Source of the DNA: Eledone cirrhosa
Lineage: Eukaryota
DNA length: 64,000 nucleotides
Direction of reading: 5' to 3'
NCBI GenBank assembly: GCA_964016885.1
Contig: OZ024761.1
Coordinates: 28,582,001 to 28,646,000 of the forward strand
The notes beneath the pieces were generated by a model. The model saw only the letters and a list, made by a program, of their open reading frames with translations. It had not been told where the DNA came from and did not search any database. The translations under genes were made by a program, and so were the position numbers. Positions within the stretch are counted from its first letter, which is position 1; the number at the start of each line of letters is the position of its first letter. Of this stretch, positions 25,068-38,715 are shown piece after piece.

Positions 25068-26460
25068 AGAGGAGTTCAAGACAGGCTGCCCATGGGAACT
25101 CCTATACGCAGACGACCTGACACTCATAGCGGAATCAATGGCCGAGCTAGAGAAGAAATTCCAAACATGGAAGCACGGCCTAGAGTCAAAAGGACTTAAA
25201 ATTAACCTGGCTAAGACCAAAGTACTAGTTTGTAGGAAAGAAAACAAGGCGGCGGTCCCTTCTGGGAAATGGTCGTGCTCGGTGTGTAGGAAAGGCGTAG
25301 GTAGAAACTCCATTTTATGTCCTAAATGCAAAGTATGGGTGCATAAAAGATGTAGTGGGATCACAGGTAAGCTAACTAAGAACATAGATTTTACATGTGG
25401 CCGGTGCTCCGGTGCAATAAGTAGCAGCAAGTGCCCACAAACTACTAGCTCTTTCAATTGCGCAGAGGGTTCTATAGAAATAGTGGACAGCTTCCGTTAC
25501 CTGGGCGATAAAATCAGCAGTGGGGGAGGGTGCTCTGAAAGTACTGTAGCTAGAGTCAGAACTGGTTGGAAAAAGTTCAGAGAGCTTATACCACTATTAG
25601 CTGCTAAAGGGTTCTCACTAAAAATGAAAGGCAGGTTGTACGATGCCTGCATACGAACAGCAATGCTGCATGGCAGTGAGACCTGGGCATTGTGTGCAGA
25701 GGATATACGCAGACTAGAGAGGAACGAAGCTTGCATGCTCCGCTGGATGTGTAACAGTAATATACGTGAACGGCAAAGCATAAACGAACTAAGGAAAAAA
25801 TTAGAGATAAGAGGGATCAGATGTTGTTTACTCGAGAGAAGGCTACGTTGGTATGGACACGTGATGCGCATGAAAGTCGATAGCTGTATAACAAAGTGCA
25901 GGGCAATAAAGATAGACGGTAGTCACGGAATAGGCAGATCTAGAAAAACCTGGGACGAGCTGATAAACTCCGACATCACACACTTACACCTCTCCAAGAC
26001 AATGTCACTGGACCGAGACCTTTGGCGGTACTCAGTAACAGAGAAGACCCGCCTTACCTAAATATATAGTAAAACCTACTCCAGCCAGTAGGCATCTCTA
26101 ACAAAATACACCCCGTCCCACCACCACCACCCCCACCCGATCCACACCACCCCGTTCTATGTAAAGTTATGTTGGTGCCGCGCCATCGAGGCCGAAACAA
26201 ATGAGATCGTGTAGGTGTCACGACAAAAAAACACACAGTCCACGCTGTAATGTGGCCGTGTAGGCAACACGGTAAAAACCTCCCAGACCCACACTGTAAA
26301 TGTGGTTGGTGTTAGGAAGGGCATCCAACTGTAGAAAACCTGCCAGACAGTCCTATGCGAGCAAGACAATCACTCTTGCCTCAAGTGGGACTACCCCCGT
26401 CCAAACCCATGCAAGCGTGGAACACGGACGTTAAACGTTGATGATGATGATGATGATGAT
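25068..26460 (+). mobile_element. 5'-truncated RTE family A copy, open from EEFKTGCPWELLYADD to the stop at 26061
   Basis: RT motifs, PHD-like insert, 3' UTR and (GAT)n tail. Confidence 0.95.
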
Positions 26461-26533
26461 AAATATATATATATAAATATATATATATAAATATATATAT
26501 ATATAAATATATATATATAAATATATATATATA

Positions 26534-26574
<41 letters not shown>

Positions 26575-26807
26575 GAATATATATATATATATATAAATAT
26601 ATGAATATATATATATATATATATAAATATATGAATATATATATATATATATAAATATATGAATATATATATATATATATATAAATATATGTATCTATAT
26701 ATATATATATATATATATGAATATATATATATATATATATATAAATATATGTATCTATATATATATATATATATATATATGAATATATATATATATATAT
26801 GAATATA

Positions 26808-26841
<34 letters not shown>

Positions 26842-26844
<3 letters not shown>

Positions 26845-27216
26845 GATATTAAATAAATGGAAATTATATTTATAAAACCATATTTATTTCATTATATATA
26901 TTTCAGGGATATCATATTAAAAATATGTTATGCCTTCTTCAGACAAAATACAATATAAACAGTCTTATAAATAGATAGATTCGACATACCTTTCAACATC
27001 GACTTGCATTTGAAAAGTTGATTTGGTACTACCAAATCAACTTTTCAAATGCAAGTCGATGTTGAAAGGTATGTCGAATCTATCTATTTATAAGACTGTT
27101 TATATTGTATTTTGTCTGAAGAAGGCATAACATATTTTTAATATGATATCCCTGAAATATATATAATGAAATAAATATGGTTTTATAAATATAATTTCCA
27201 TTTATTTAATATCGTA
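26842..27216. repeat. Palindrome with 187-bp arms and a 1-nt spacer, hammerhead motif in each arm
   Basis: Centre ...atttggta C taccaaat... at 27029; CTGAAGA...GAAATATATATA near 27116-27165. Confidence 0.9.
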
Positions 27217-27300
27217 AATATACTCCAAATACTTGTTGAGTGCTTTTATATCAGTTATAAATATTTACTCGTTGTAACCCAACAATTTAAATATAACTTT

Positions 27301-27364
<64 letters not shown>

Positions 27365-27368
27365 TCAT

Positions 27369-27436
<68 letters not shown>

Positions 27437-27442
27437 TCATAT

Positions 27443-27480
<38 letters not shown>

Positions 27481-27533
27481 TCATATATATATATATAAAT
27501 ATATATATATATATGAATATATATATATATATA

Positions 27534-27579
<46 letters not shown>

Positions 27580-27608
27580 AAAGAATAGAGGTGTAACACA
27601 CAAGTTAT

Positions 27609-28008
27609 TATATATTGGTAAACGGAATAGAAAATGCTGACAAATTGTTCACAGTTGAAAAATGGTTTAATTAGGAATAAAAGAGTATTAGTGATTGTAT
27701 GGGTTAGTATTCAGTTGTGGTTTTAAGCTTTTAAGTTTTTACCGGATGCGCATTTCTAAATGCTTTTCAAAAATAATTTTGAGATAGAGTGTCCATGCTG
27801 TTTGCTCTGATCTGTTTGCTCTGATCAGAGCAAACAGCACGGACACTCTATCTCAAAATTATTTTTGAAAAGCATTTAGAAATGCGCAACCGGTAAAAAC
27901 TTAAAACCACAACTGAATACTAACCCATACAATCACTAATACTCTTTTATTCCTAATTAAACCATTTTTCAACTGTGAACAATTTGTCAGCATTTTCTAT
28001 TCCGTTTA

Positions 28009-28018
<10 letters not shown>
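27609..28018. repeat. Near-perfect palindrome with about 200-bp arms
   Basis: tatattggtaaacggaatag... / ...ctattccgtttaccaatata; centre ctgatcag near 27821-27828; contains GAAATGCGCA. Confidence 0.9.
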
Positions 28019-28054
<36 letters not shown>

Positions 28055-28104
28055 AATATATATATATATGTATAAATATATGAATATATATATGTATAAA
28101 TATA

Positions 28105-28139
<35 letters not shown>

Positions 28140-28203
28140 GAATATATATATATATATATATGAATATATATATATATATATATATGAATCTATATATATA
28201 TAT

Positions 28204-28510
28204 CATCATCATCATTTCATTTTACATCCGCTTTTTCCCTGCTTGCAAGGGTGGGACAGGAACTGATTCTGGCTTAATTTCTACAGCTGGATGCCCTTCC
28301 TAACACCAACCTCATTTACACTGAGCGCTGGGTGCTTTTTTGCCGTGGCACCTCCACGACCACTTTGCAGTGGAATGATATGGACCCCAGTCCCTATCAT
28401 CTCATTTATACAGCTGAGTAAACTGGAGCAATGTGAAATAAAGTGTCTTGCTCAAGGAAACATCACCCGGTCTGAGAATTGAACTCACAACCTTTCGATT
28501 GCAAGGCCAA
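28204..28510 (-). mobile_element. SINE family A, 5'-truncated
   Basis: Reverse complement of 31658-32003. Confidence 0.85.
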
Positions 28511-28715
28511 TATATATATATATATGTGAATATATATATATATATGAATCTATATATATATATATGAATCTATATATATATATATATATATATATATCTG
28601 AATATATATATTAATGAATATATATATATATATTGTTATACTTGGGGAGGGTCATATTTGCGTAATATATATATATATATATATCTCATAGAATCTCATC
28701 TCTATATATATATAT

Positions 28716-28753
<38 letters not shown>

Positions 28754-29073
28754 TTTACGTCCATTTCTCCCTGCTTGCAAGGGTGGGACGGGAACTGATT
28801 CTGGCTTGATTTCTAAAGCTGGATGCCCTTCCTAACACCAACCTCATTTACATTGAGTGCTGGGTGCTTTTTTTCCGTGATACTTCCACGACCACTTTGC
28901 AGTGGAATGATAGGTACTGGGATCTCAGTCCCTATCATCTCATTTCTACAGCTGAGTAAACTGGAGCAATGTGAAATAAAGTGTCTTGCTCAAGGTAACA
29001 ACACATCACCCGGTCTGAGAATTGAACTCAAAATCTTTCGATTGCAAGGCCAATGCTCTAACCACTAAGCCAT
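28716..29073 (-). mobile_element. SINE family A
   Basis: Reverse complement of 31658-32003. Confidence 0.85.
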
Positions 29074-29820
29074 ATATATATATATATATTCATATATATA
29101 TAGAGAGATTCATACACACAATAAATATATATATATATATAAATATACATATATATATATGTTGACAATCTTTTAATAATATCTTCCTTGTTAAATTTGT
29201 GATCTTGCTTTGCTTAACTAATGAATATATATATATATATAAATATGAATATATATATATGAATATATATATATATAGTTTTAATATAGATGAGATTCTA
29301 TCATATATATATATATAAAAGTATTGAAGTTTCCGTTGAAAATTGAAAAAGTCATAGGAGTGAAGAGTGCTCTATGTAAGTACCAGAGCAAAATTTAATG
29401 TATAATAAACAATACAATATAATTACCTCATTACCAGAGGTTTCCCGAATAAGACGAATACGAAAGAAACGTCCTCATTCGTTCCCATATATATATATAT
29501 ATGAATTAAGCGTTTTTTGTTTAATTTCATTGTTTTCACTCTTTGTATTTTTGACTCTGTATCCAATGAATTATATCGTTGAAAATTTTGTATTCTAAAC
29601 TTTGCTTCACAACTTCTACATACGGATTACATTGAGTTCTTCATAAGGCTTAGACCCTACCATTAATTGGTGGATTTATCTGTGTATATATATATATATG
29701 GTTGTGTGTGTGTGTTTGTGTGTATAAAATATGTGAATCTTTGGCATTGAACCAGTATATAAGTCCTTTTATGACCTGTACTGAGTAACTCTTCAACCAT
29801 ATATACCTGCATACACATTC

Positions 29821-29878
<58 letters not shown>

Positions 29879-31351
29879 TTATATATATATGTGTGTATGT
29901 GAGTGAGTGTGTGTAAAAATATATATATGTATGTGTGTGAGTGAGTTTGTATATATATATATATATATATATATATGGTTTTTTTTATATACACACTACA
30001 TTCCTTTTGCCATCTTTTCTGAACAGTTAAAAGAATTTTTTTTTTTCCATTTTTTGCATTTTTTATTACTTTTAAATGGAAGAAAAAAATATAACAAAAT
30101 ACTTTTTTTTTTTAGAATAAAATTTATAATATAAAAAAAAAAACGTAAAATATAAAGAAAGAAAGAAAGAAAAAGAGAAGGGAATACAGAGAATACAGAA
30201 AGAAAAAAAAATACAATTTTGCATCTTTAGAAAAGTTTAGTTGTAGGGGGTGGAATTACAATGATTTCCTCTAGAAGACACCCAAAGGATCTTTTGCATT
30301 AACCAATATAAGAATTGTAAGACAGAAGGAATGAAATGATGGAATAAATACATTTTAATGGAGAAGATGGCGGTAAGGGAGGAGAGGGAGGGGGGAAAAA
30401 GGAAGAGACATTTTTTTTTTACTAATGTGACATACAGACAGACATGGGAAGATGAGAGAGAGAAAGAGAGAGAGAGATGGAGAGAAGGAGAAGGGAGGAA
30501 AGAAGAAAAGAGGCTGAGTTGGTGGGGGGGGGATAGAGTGGTGAGAAGTGGAGGGAGAGAAGGGAATAGGGAGAGACAGGGGAAGGGGTAAAGAGGGAGA
30601 GATACAGGAGTACAGAGTGGCAAGAGAGAGGAAGAGAAGGAGGGAAAGAGTGAGATATAGATCGATAGATAGATAGATAGATAGATAGATAAACAGACAG
30701 ACAAACAGATAGATAAAGTAGTTGGTGAGTGAACATAGAGAAGTTAAGGTAAAGATGACTTAGATCTTGTTGGTGGCATAAAAACCTGCTTAGTGTTATT
30801 GCCATGACAAAATGCACCCACTACACTCTGTAAAGTGGTTGACATTAGGAATGGTATCAAGTATTAGATGTCAACCATGTCAGATATAGAAAATACGTGG
30901 AGAGCAATAACTGCAAACATGAAATTAACTTGAGCCATCACAACCATCCAACCAATACCAGTGCGGAAAGCAGACATGTGACTGGCTTTGTGTGTGTATA
31001 TGTGTTTTTATAAGTGTGTGTGTATGTGTGTGTATGTGTGTGTGTGTTCGTGCATGTGTGTGCTTCAGTGTGTAGATGTGTGATCTTGAGTATGCTTGCG
31101 TGCATGAGTGTCAGCATGAGAGGGTGTATGTGTGTCTGTGTGTCTGTGAGAGTGTGTATGCATGAGAGTTTGTGTGTGCTTGAGTAAGTGTGTGTTTGTG
31201 AAAGTGTGTGTGTATGAGTGTGTGTTTGTGTGAAACAAAAGGACACAAAGAAATGAAAATCAGAAAGAATAGCCTTCATATAGCCTTGTGACATAGCATT
31301 GATTTTATTGAGTTAAGAAAATCTTTGTCTCACATATATTATTTCTTATAA

Positions 31352-31397
<46 letters not shown>

Positions 31398-31562
31398 CAT
31401 ATATATATGGGAGAGGAAATGGTGTATATATTTTATCAAATGATTCTTAGGACATACTTTTGATATATATATATACATTATATATATATATATGCATATA
31501 TATTATATACATATATATTATATATATATATATTATATATATATATATATATATAGAAAGAG

Positions 31563-31607
<45 letters not shown>

Positions 31608-31657
31608 TATTATATACATATATATTATATACATATATATTTTATATATATATGTAT

Positions 31658-32003
31658 GGAGGCACATGGCTTAGTGGTTAGAGCATTGGCCTTGCAATCG
31701 AAAGGTTGTCAGTTCAATTCTCAGACCGAGTGTTGTGTTGTTACCTTGAGTAAGACACTTTATTTCACATTGCTCCAGTTTACTCAGCTGTAGAAATGAG
31801 ATGATAGGGACTGGAGTCCATATCATTCCACTACAAAGTGGTCGTGGAGGTGCCACGGCAAAAAAGCACCCAGCACTCACTGTAAATGAGGTTGGTGTTA
31901 GGAAGGGCATCCAGCTGTAGAAATCAAGGCAGAATCAGTTCCCGTCCCACCCTTGCAAGCAGGGAAAAGTGGACGTAAAATGAAATGATGATGAAATGAT
32001 GAT
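31658..32003 (+). mobile_element. SINE family A, full length
   Basis: ggaggcacatggcttagtggttagagc...gttcaattctc head, CORE-like and Meta-like blocks, RTE-B tail. Confidence 0.9.
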
Positions 32004-32136
32004 ACATATATATATACATATATATTATATATATATAGATATATTATATATATATATTATATATATATATATATATACATATATACACATATATATATAC
32101 ATATATATATACATATAGATTATATATATATATATA

Positions 32137-33026
32137 CAGGGTGTGGACAATATTTGTTTCTCAATTTTCAACTGCTAATTTCATGCAAATTTTTTTTACT
32201 TCCGTTGTCACTATTGTCTTCATAAAATCAGTGACTATATTTCCATTATTTATTTTCAGAATAATTGATTATGAATAATTTTGAATCTCCAAATTTGTGG
32301 AAGAGACACGGAGTTCTTCTTGGAATCTGCACCGGAAGGACAAATAAGACCAGAAGATCAACTCCCATAACAACAGGTGGCTCGCTGTCTCATCCAAAGA
32401 CGTGCCCAGAGTCATGCAGACGAAGTTTCCAGCGACCACATTGGTCTTAGGTGTCATCAGCAGTCAAGGTGACATCATGCCACCTCACTTCAATGAGGGC
32501 CTCAAGCTGAACACCGATGGCTGCATCCGCGTTCTGAGCGAGGTAGTAAAGCCCTGGATCGACCAGGTAGCTGCAGGTAGGCCGTACGTGTGGCAGCAAG
32601 ACTCAGCGCCCTGCCATACCAGCCAAAAGACCCACGCCTGGCTGTCAGAGAACTTCGTCGACCACACTTCACCTGACATCTGGCCTCCCAGCTCACCTGA
32701 CTGCAACCCCCTCGACTTCTTTGTGTGGGGCACAGTGGAACGAGACACCAACAGATCTAGCTGCAATACGAACGATGATCTGAAGGCCAGGATCACAAGT
32801 GCCTTTAGGGGCCTAAGTTGGGGGACAGTGACGGAAGCCTGTAGCCGGTTCCGAGACCGCCTTGAGGCCGTCATCAAAGCCAATGGTGGGTTTATCGAGT
32901 GAGATCGAAAGAACAAGTCATGAAGACAAACTGACCCAAGTTTGATAAATATATCTTAAAAAATAAAACTACTGTGTTACTTTTTCCTAGACAGTAATCT
33001 TGCGAACAAATATCATCCGCACCCTG
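32137..33026 (+). mobile_element. Internally deleted Tc1/mariner DD37D (maT-type) transposon
   Basis: Imperfect TIRs CAGGGTGTGGACAATATTTGTT / AACAAATATCATCCGCACCCTG in a TA tract; ORF 32402-32902 has WQQDSAPCH...WPPSSPDCNPLD with 37 residues between the two Asp; first Asp region deleted. Confidence 0.9.
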
Positions 33027-33519
33027 TGTATATATATATATATATTTATATATATTTATATATACACATATATATGTATATGTATAGATAATTACAACAG
33101 TGACATAAACTCAAGTTTTGTTGGGTTCTGGGCCCCAATTCTTTCAGCCTGTGAGGAGAAAAATAAAAACAAAGATGGCCCTCTAATTTAAATTAAATTT
33201 TTATTTAAATTTTTATTTTTATATTTCTCATGACAGACTGAACAAATTGGTACCCAGAAGTCAACGAAACTTGAGTACCTGTTTATGTCACTGTTGCAAT
33301 TATCTATACTAAACTCGTCCTATGGACTGAGTGCTCTTACTCTTGGATATTTCTACTTAAATTTTACTTCAGTATATATATATGTGTATATATAGAGATT
33401 TTACCCAACACAGTCATTGCCAGCATATTGCTGTTTTGGTAGCTATTCTTGCATTGCGCTTTTCTCATTATATATATATGTATAAATATATATACATATA
33501 CATATATATATACAGAATA

Positions 33520-33980
33520 TATATAGAAAACAGAAAAATGCTGTCTATGACGGCACTGGGTAAAATCTTACGTCAAAGGACGGGAATAAATGGCTAAAAG
33601 TGTGTTGGCCCGGAGTAGTGATAGGGAGAGAGGGGAGCAGAGGAAGAAATTGTAAAAAAATGAAAATGAATGAGAAAAAAATCACACAGATATCATATTA
33701 CGTCATCAGCCCTCATACCAGAATGTAGTTTCACACAATTTAAAATGGAGGGGACTACACATAATTGCCAGGTCATGCAACCAAAATTAAGTATTTCTGC
33801 TCGTTTGATGTGCACTTGATAAAAAAAAAAATTAGATAGACAGTCAGATAGATCAGAGAGAAGCAGGAAACGTCCGTTTGGCATTTTGTTGTTTTGGCAG
33901 CTATCCTTGCATTGTGGTTTCTCATTATTCTATAAATTCTAATACACTCGTGCCTCAATCATCGAGAAAACTTTGTTTAT
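33520..33980. mobile_element. Possible Helentron/HINE-like non-autonomous element
   Basis: Subterminal inverted motifs (cagaaaaatgc / gcattttgttg), gatagacag repeats and a short ctcg..cgag hairpin near the end; partial related copy at 33395-33470. Confidence 0.3.
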
Positions 33981-34110
33981 ATATATATATGTGTGTGTGT
34001 ATATATTTCATATACATATGTATATGTGAGTGTTTATGTTAATATGCATGTGTATGTATGTATATATATATATATATATCAAATATATATATATATATGT
34101 ATGTATATAT

Positions 34111-34297
34111 AGTTTTAATATATAAGAGCTTCTACAGGACTAGAACGGTTTCATTCGTGAGAAATCATCAGGAAGGTGACTGTCCAAATAAATGGTAGAG
34201 ACATAAATACTACCATTTATTTGGACAGCCAGCTTTCTAATGATTTCTCAGAAATGAAACAGTTCTAGTCCTGTAGAAGCTCTTCTATATTAAAACT
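34111..34297. repeat. Imperfect palindrome with hammerhead-like cores
   Basis: gagcttctacaggactagaac / gttctagtcctgtagaagctc; minus strand CTGATGA TTTC..GAAT GAAAC. Confidence 0.8.
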
Positions 34298-34381
34298 TTT
34301 ATACTCTGCTATGTATTGAGTACCTTACTTACTGTGGTTACCTCCGATTCAACCCGGATTAACTTATATATATATATATAT

Positions 34382-34643
34382 ATGAGGTGGTATGGACATG
34401 TGATGCGCATGGAGGATGACCGATGGGTGAAGAAGTGCCAGGAATTGCCAGTTGAAGGAAGACGTGGTAGAGGTAGACCACGAAAAACATGGGCGGAGGT
34501 GGTGAGAACAGACCTCAGATCATTGAAGCTCACGGTGGAGATGACGAGGGACCGTGACGAGTGGAGAGATGCTGTGCTGAATAAGACCCGTCCCACCCTT
34601 GCAAGCAGGGAAAAGCGGACGTAAAATGATGATGATGATGATG

Positions 34644-34648
<5 letters not shown>
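34382..34648 (+). mobile_element. RTE family B 3' end
   Basis: RWYGHVMRMEDDRWVKKC..GRPRKTWAEVV..TRPTLASREKRT* then (GAT)n. Confidence 0.9.
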
Positions 34649-34713
<65 letters not shown>

Positions 34714-35589
34714 TTTCTATATATAATGATGATAATTCTACATATAAGGAAATATATGTATAGATGTTTTGTTAGAGGGATCTCCTTTGTTTTGCAATCA
34801 CTGTCTTTTGAAAGGACAACAATCACCAACAACACCACTATCATCTTCACCATCACCACCACCAACACAACAACCACCACCACTATCATCTTCACCATCA
34901 CCACCACCAACACTACAACTACCACCAACACAACAACCACCACCAATATCATCTTCACCAACACAACAACCACCACCACTATCATCTTCACCATCACAAT
35001 CACCAACAACAACACTACCACCACCAACACTACCACCAACACAACAACCACCACCACTATCATCTTCACCAACACTACAGCTACCACCAACACAACAGCC
35101 ACCACCACTATCACCATCACCAACAACAACACTACCACCACCAACACAAACACCTCCACTATCTTCACTGCCATCAACACACTATCATCCTCACCACAAT
35201 AACCACCACCACCATCATCATCACCAACATAAACACTACCACCACCACCACCATCATCCTCTCCACCACCCCCCACTATCTTCACAACCCTCACCACAAT
35301 CACCACCACCATCATCAACATAAACACCACCACCATCATCCTCTCCACCCCCACTATCTTCACAACCCTCACCACAATCACCACCACCATCATCATCACC
35401 ATAAACACTACCACCACCATCATCCTCTCCACCACCAACAACACCAACACCTCCCACCATACCAAGAAATTACACAACCCCTATCAATCTCCCTGACACC
35501 ACCAACGATTCCAAAATCTTGAAAAATCCTCATTTCATTTTCATCAATACAGAAATGGATGTAATCCATTGATTTTGGTATGGTGATGG

Positions 35590-35692
<103 letters not shown>

Positions 35693-35707
35693 GTGCTTCT
35701 TTGTTTG

Positions 35708-35754
<47 letters not shown>

Positions 35755-36389
35755 TTGTGTGATGCTTGTGATTGTATATGAGTTTATGGAATCCATTGAT
35801 TTTGGTATGGTGATGGCTGTGTGTGTGTGTCTGTGTGTTTATATGAGTGTGTATATGTATGTATGTGTGTGTGTGTGTTTGTGTTTGCATGTGTGTTTTT
35901 ATATGAGTTTGTGAGTGTATATATGTATGTATGTGTGTGTGTTTGTGTTTGCATGTGTGTTTTTATATGAGTGTGTGTATATGTATGTGTGTGTGTTTGT
36001 GTTTGCATGTGTGTTTTTATATGAGTGTGTATAGGTGTGTACGGTGATTCTTTGTATGTGTGCATATATATGTGTGTTTGTGTGATGCCTGTGATTGTAT
36101 ATGAGTTTATGAATGTTTACATATGCGTATGTTTGTGTTTGTATGTGTGTGTGTAAGATGCTTCTTCATTTGTATGTGTGCTGCTTGTGTTTGCATGTGT
36201 GTTTATGTGCATTTACATATGTGTGCCTAAGAGAGGCAGGTGTGTGTGAGTGTGTGTCTAAGAGAGACAGAAGGTGTGTGTGAGTGTGTGTGAGACACAG
36301 AGAGAGAGTGTGTTGGAGCATCTGTTTGTGTGTGTGTGTGTATTATTAAGAAACAATCAATTTGTAATACAGATGAAAATTATATATAG

Positions 36390-36436
<47 letters not shown>

Positions 36437-36447
36437 CTGATATATAG

Positions 36448-36480
<33 letters not shown>

Positions 36481-37305
36481 CAAATATCTTACTCACACAT
36501 ATACACAATCACCATGGTGATAAAACTCCTTTGCAAGGTGTTGTTAGGCCAAAGACAAAAGACATTTTTTTTCCTAAGTCTTCAAATTTCTGAATGAGTA
36601 AAGAAAGAGACAAAGAAAGAAAGAAAGAAAGAAAGAAATGAAGAAAGAAAGATAGAAAGAAAGAAGAAAAGAAATGAACAAAGTAAGCGGGTAGGGGGGG
36701 GGGGAAAGAACAAAAAAACTGATTATAAGAAAACTAAAAGACAATAATATTTAAAATACGACAAACAGTATAGGAAAAAATTTTTAAATCAACAACATTA
36801 ATACTACCACTACTACCACCACTACCACTACTATTATTAATATTACTACCATCAATGCTACTAGCACCATCACCATTACTATTACTACTATTTCTATTAC
36901 CACCACTACTACTACCACCACCATTACCACCACCACCACCACTACTACAACTGTTACTGCTACCACCGCCACTACTACTACCACCACCACCACCACTACC
37001 ACTACTACTACCACCACCACTACCACTACCACCACCATTACCGCCACCACTACTACTACTACTACAACTGTTACTGCTACCACCTCCACCACCACTACTA
37101 CCACCACCACCACTACTACCACCACCAGCACCACCACCACCACTACTAATACCATCACCATTACCACCAACACCACTATTACTACTACTACTACTGCTAC
37201 TATTGTTATTAGTGCTAAGGAAGCGAAAAACTGAAAAAAGAAGAAAAGGAAGAGGAAATGTAAATGGATTATTAAAGAAGAGAGGAAAGAAAAATCAATT
37301 ATTGA

Positions 37306-37339
<34 letters not shown>

Positions 37340-37550
37340 GTAATAATAGTAATAATAATAATAGTAATAGTAATAATAGTAATAATGAGGGCAATAATAG
37401 TATTATGGATTCTTGCAAGAATGAAGAAATGGTTTGAAGAGCTCCTCTCATTATTGGATTGCATGATATATATATACATATATATACATATATATATACA
37501 TACAAATATATATACATATAAATATATATACATATGTATATACAAATATA

Positions 37551-37646
<96 letters not shown>

Positions 37647-38162
37647 CATATTTTAATTCAAAATATTAACACAAATAGACATTCGTGTGATCAAGTATAT
37701 TTTATTATACATATTTCAGAGGTACTGAGCTATCTTCAACAGTACGTCCTCATCAGATAAAATAAGATGATGCATGACATACTCTGACAAAGTAGATGGT
37801 TAAAATTCAGTCATGTAAAACTTTATTCTTTGATTTATTCATTGAACCTTGTTTAACCTTTAAATATATACATATATATATACAAATATATATATATATA
37901 TATATACATATACAAATATATATATATATATATGCAAATATATATATATATATATATACATATATATATGCAAATATATATATATATATATACATATATA
38001 TACAAATATATATATATAAATATATATATTTACATACATGTATATATAAATATATATATACATATATGTATATACAAATATATATATAAATATATATACA
38101 TATATATATATATAAATATATATATATACATATATATATATCTTTATTTCAGCCGCGGATGA

Positions 38163-38465
38163 CTAACATACCACAACATCCAGTCCAAATAAATGAGATC
38201 GAGATTGTGTAGGTGTCACAACAAAAAAACACACAGTCCACGCTGTAATGTGGCCGTGTAGGTAACACGGTAAAAAGTTCCCAGTCCACACTGTAAATGT
38301 GGTTGGTGTTAGGAAGGGCATCCAGCCGTAGAAAACCCGCCAGACAGTCCTATACGAGCGAGACATGGTCACCCACCAATCTTGCCTCAAGTGGGACAAT
38401 TCTCGTCTAAACCCATGCTAGCGTGGAAGATAGACGTTAAACGATGATGATGATGATGATGATGA
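38163..38465 (+). mobile_element. RTE family A 3' UTR fragment
   Basis: Meta-like block and gacgttaaacg(atg)n tail. Confidence 0.8.
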
Positions 38466-38644
38466 TACAAATATATTATATATATATATATATATATACA
38501 TATATAAATATATATATATATATGTCTGTATATCCATATATATCATCATCATCATCGTTTAACGTCTATCTTCCATGCTATATATATATATATAAAAAGG
38601 AAGTGAGACGGTGTTATGCATACATCCTCTGTTTAATATATAAT

Positions 38645-38715
38645 CCTATTATGCACATTTCGAAGACATCAAAGTGATTGCATAATAATCATTTGATGTG
38701 TTGTCATCAGACAGG
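38645..38715 (-). ncRNA. Type-I hammerhead motif with a long stem II
   Basis: CCTGT CTGATGA ..ACATCAAATGATT/AATCACTTTGATGT.. C GAAATGTGCATA ATAGG. Confidence 0.7.

Noticed and set aside
31658-31730. SINE heads as functional tRNA genes
   Set aside because: No closed cloverleaf, and they continue directly into SINE bodies
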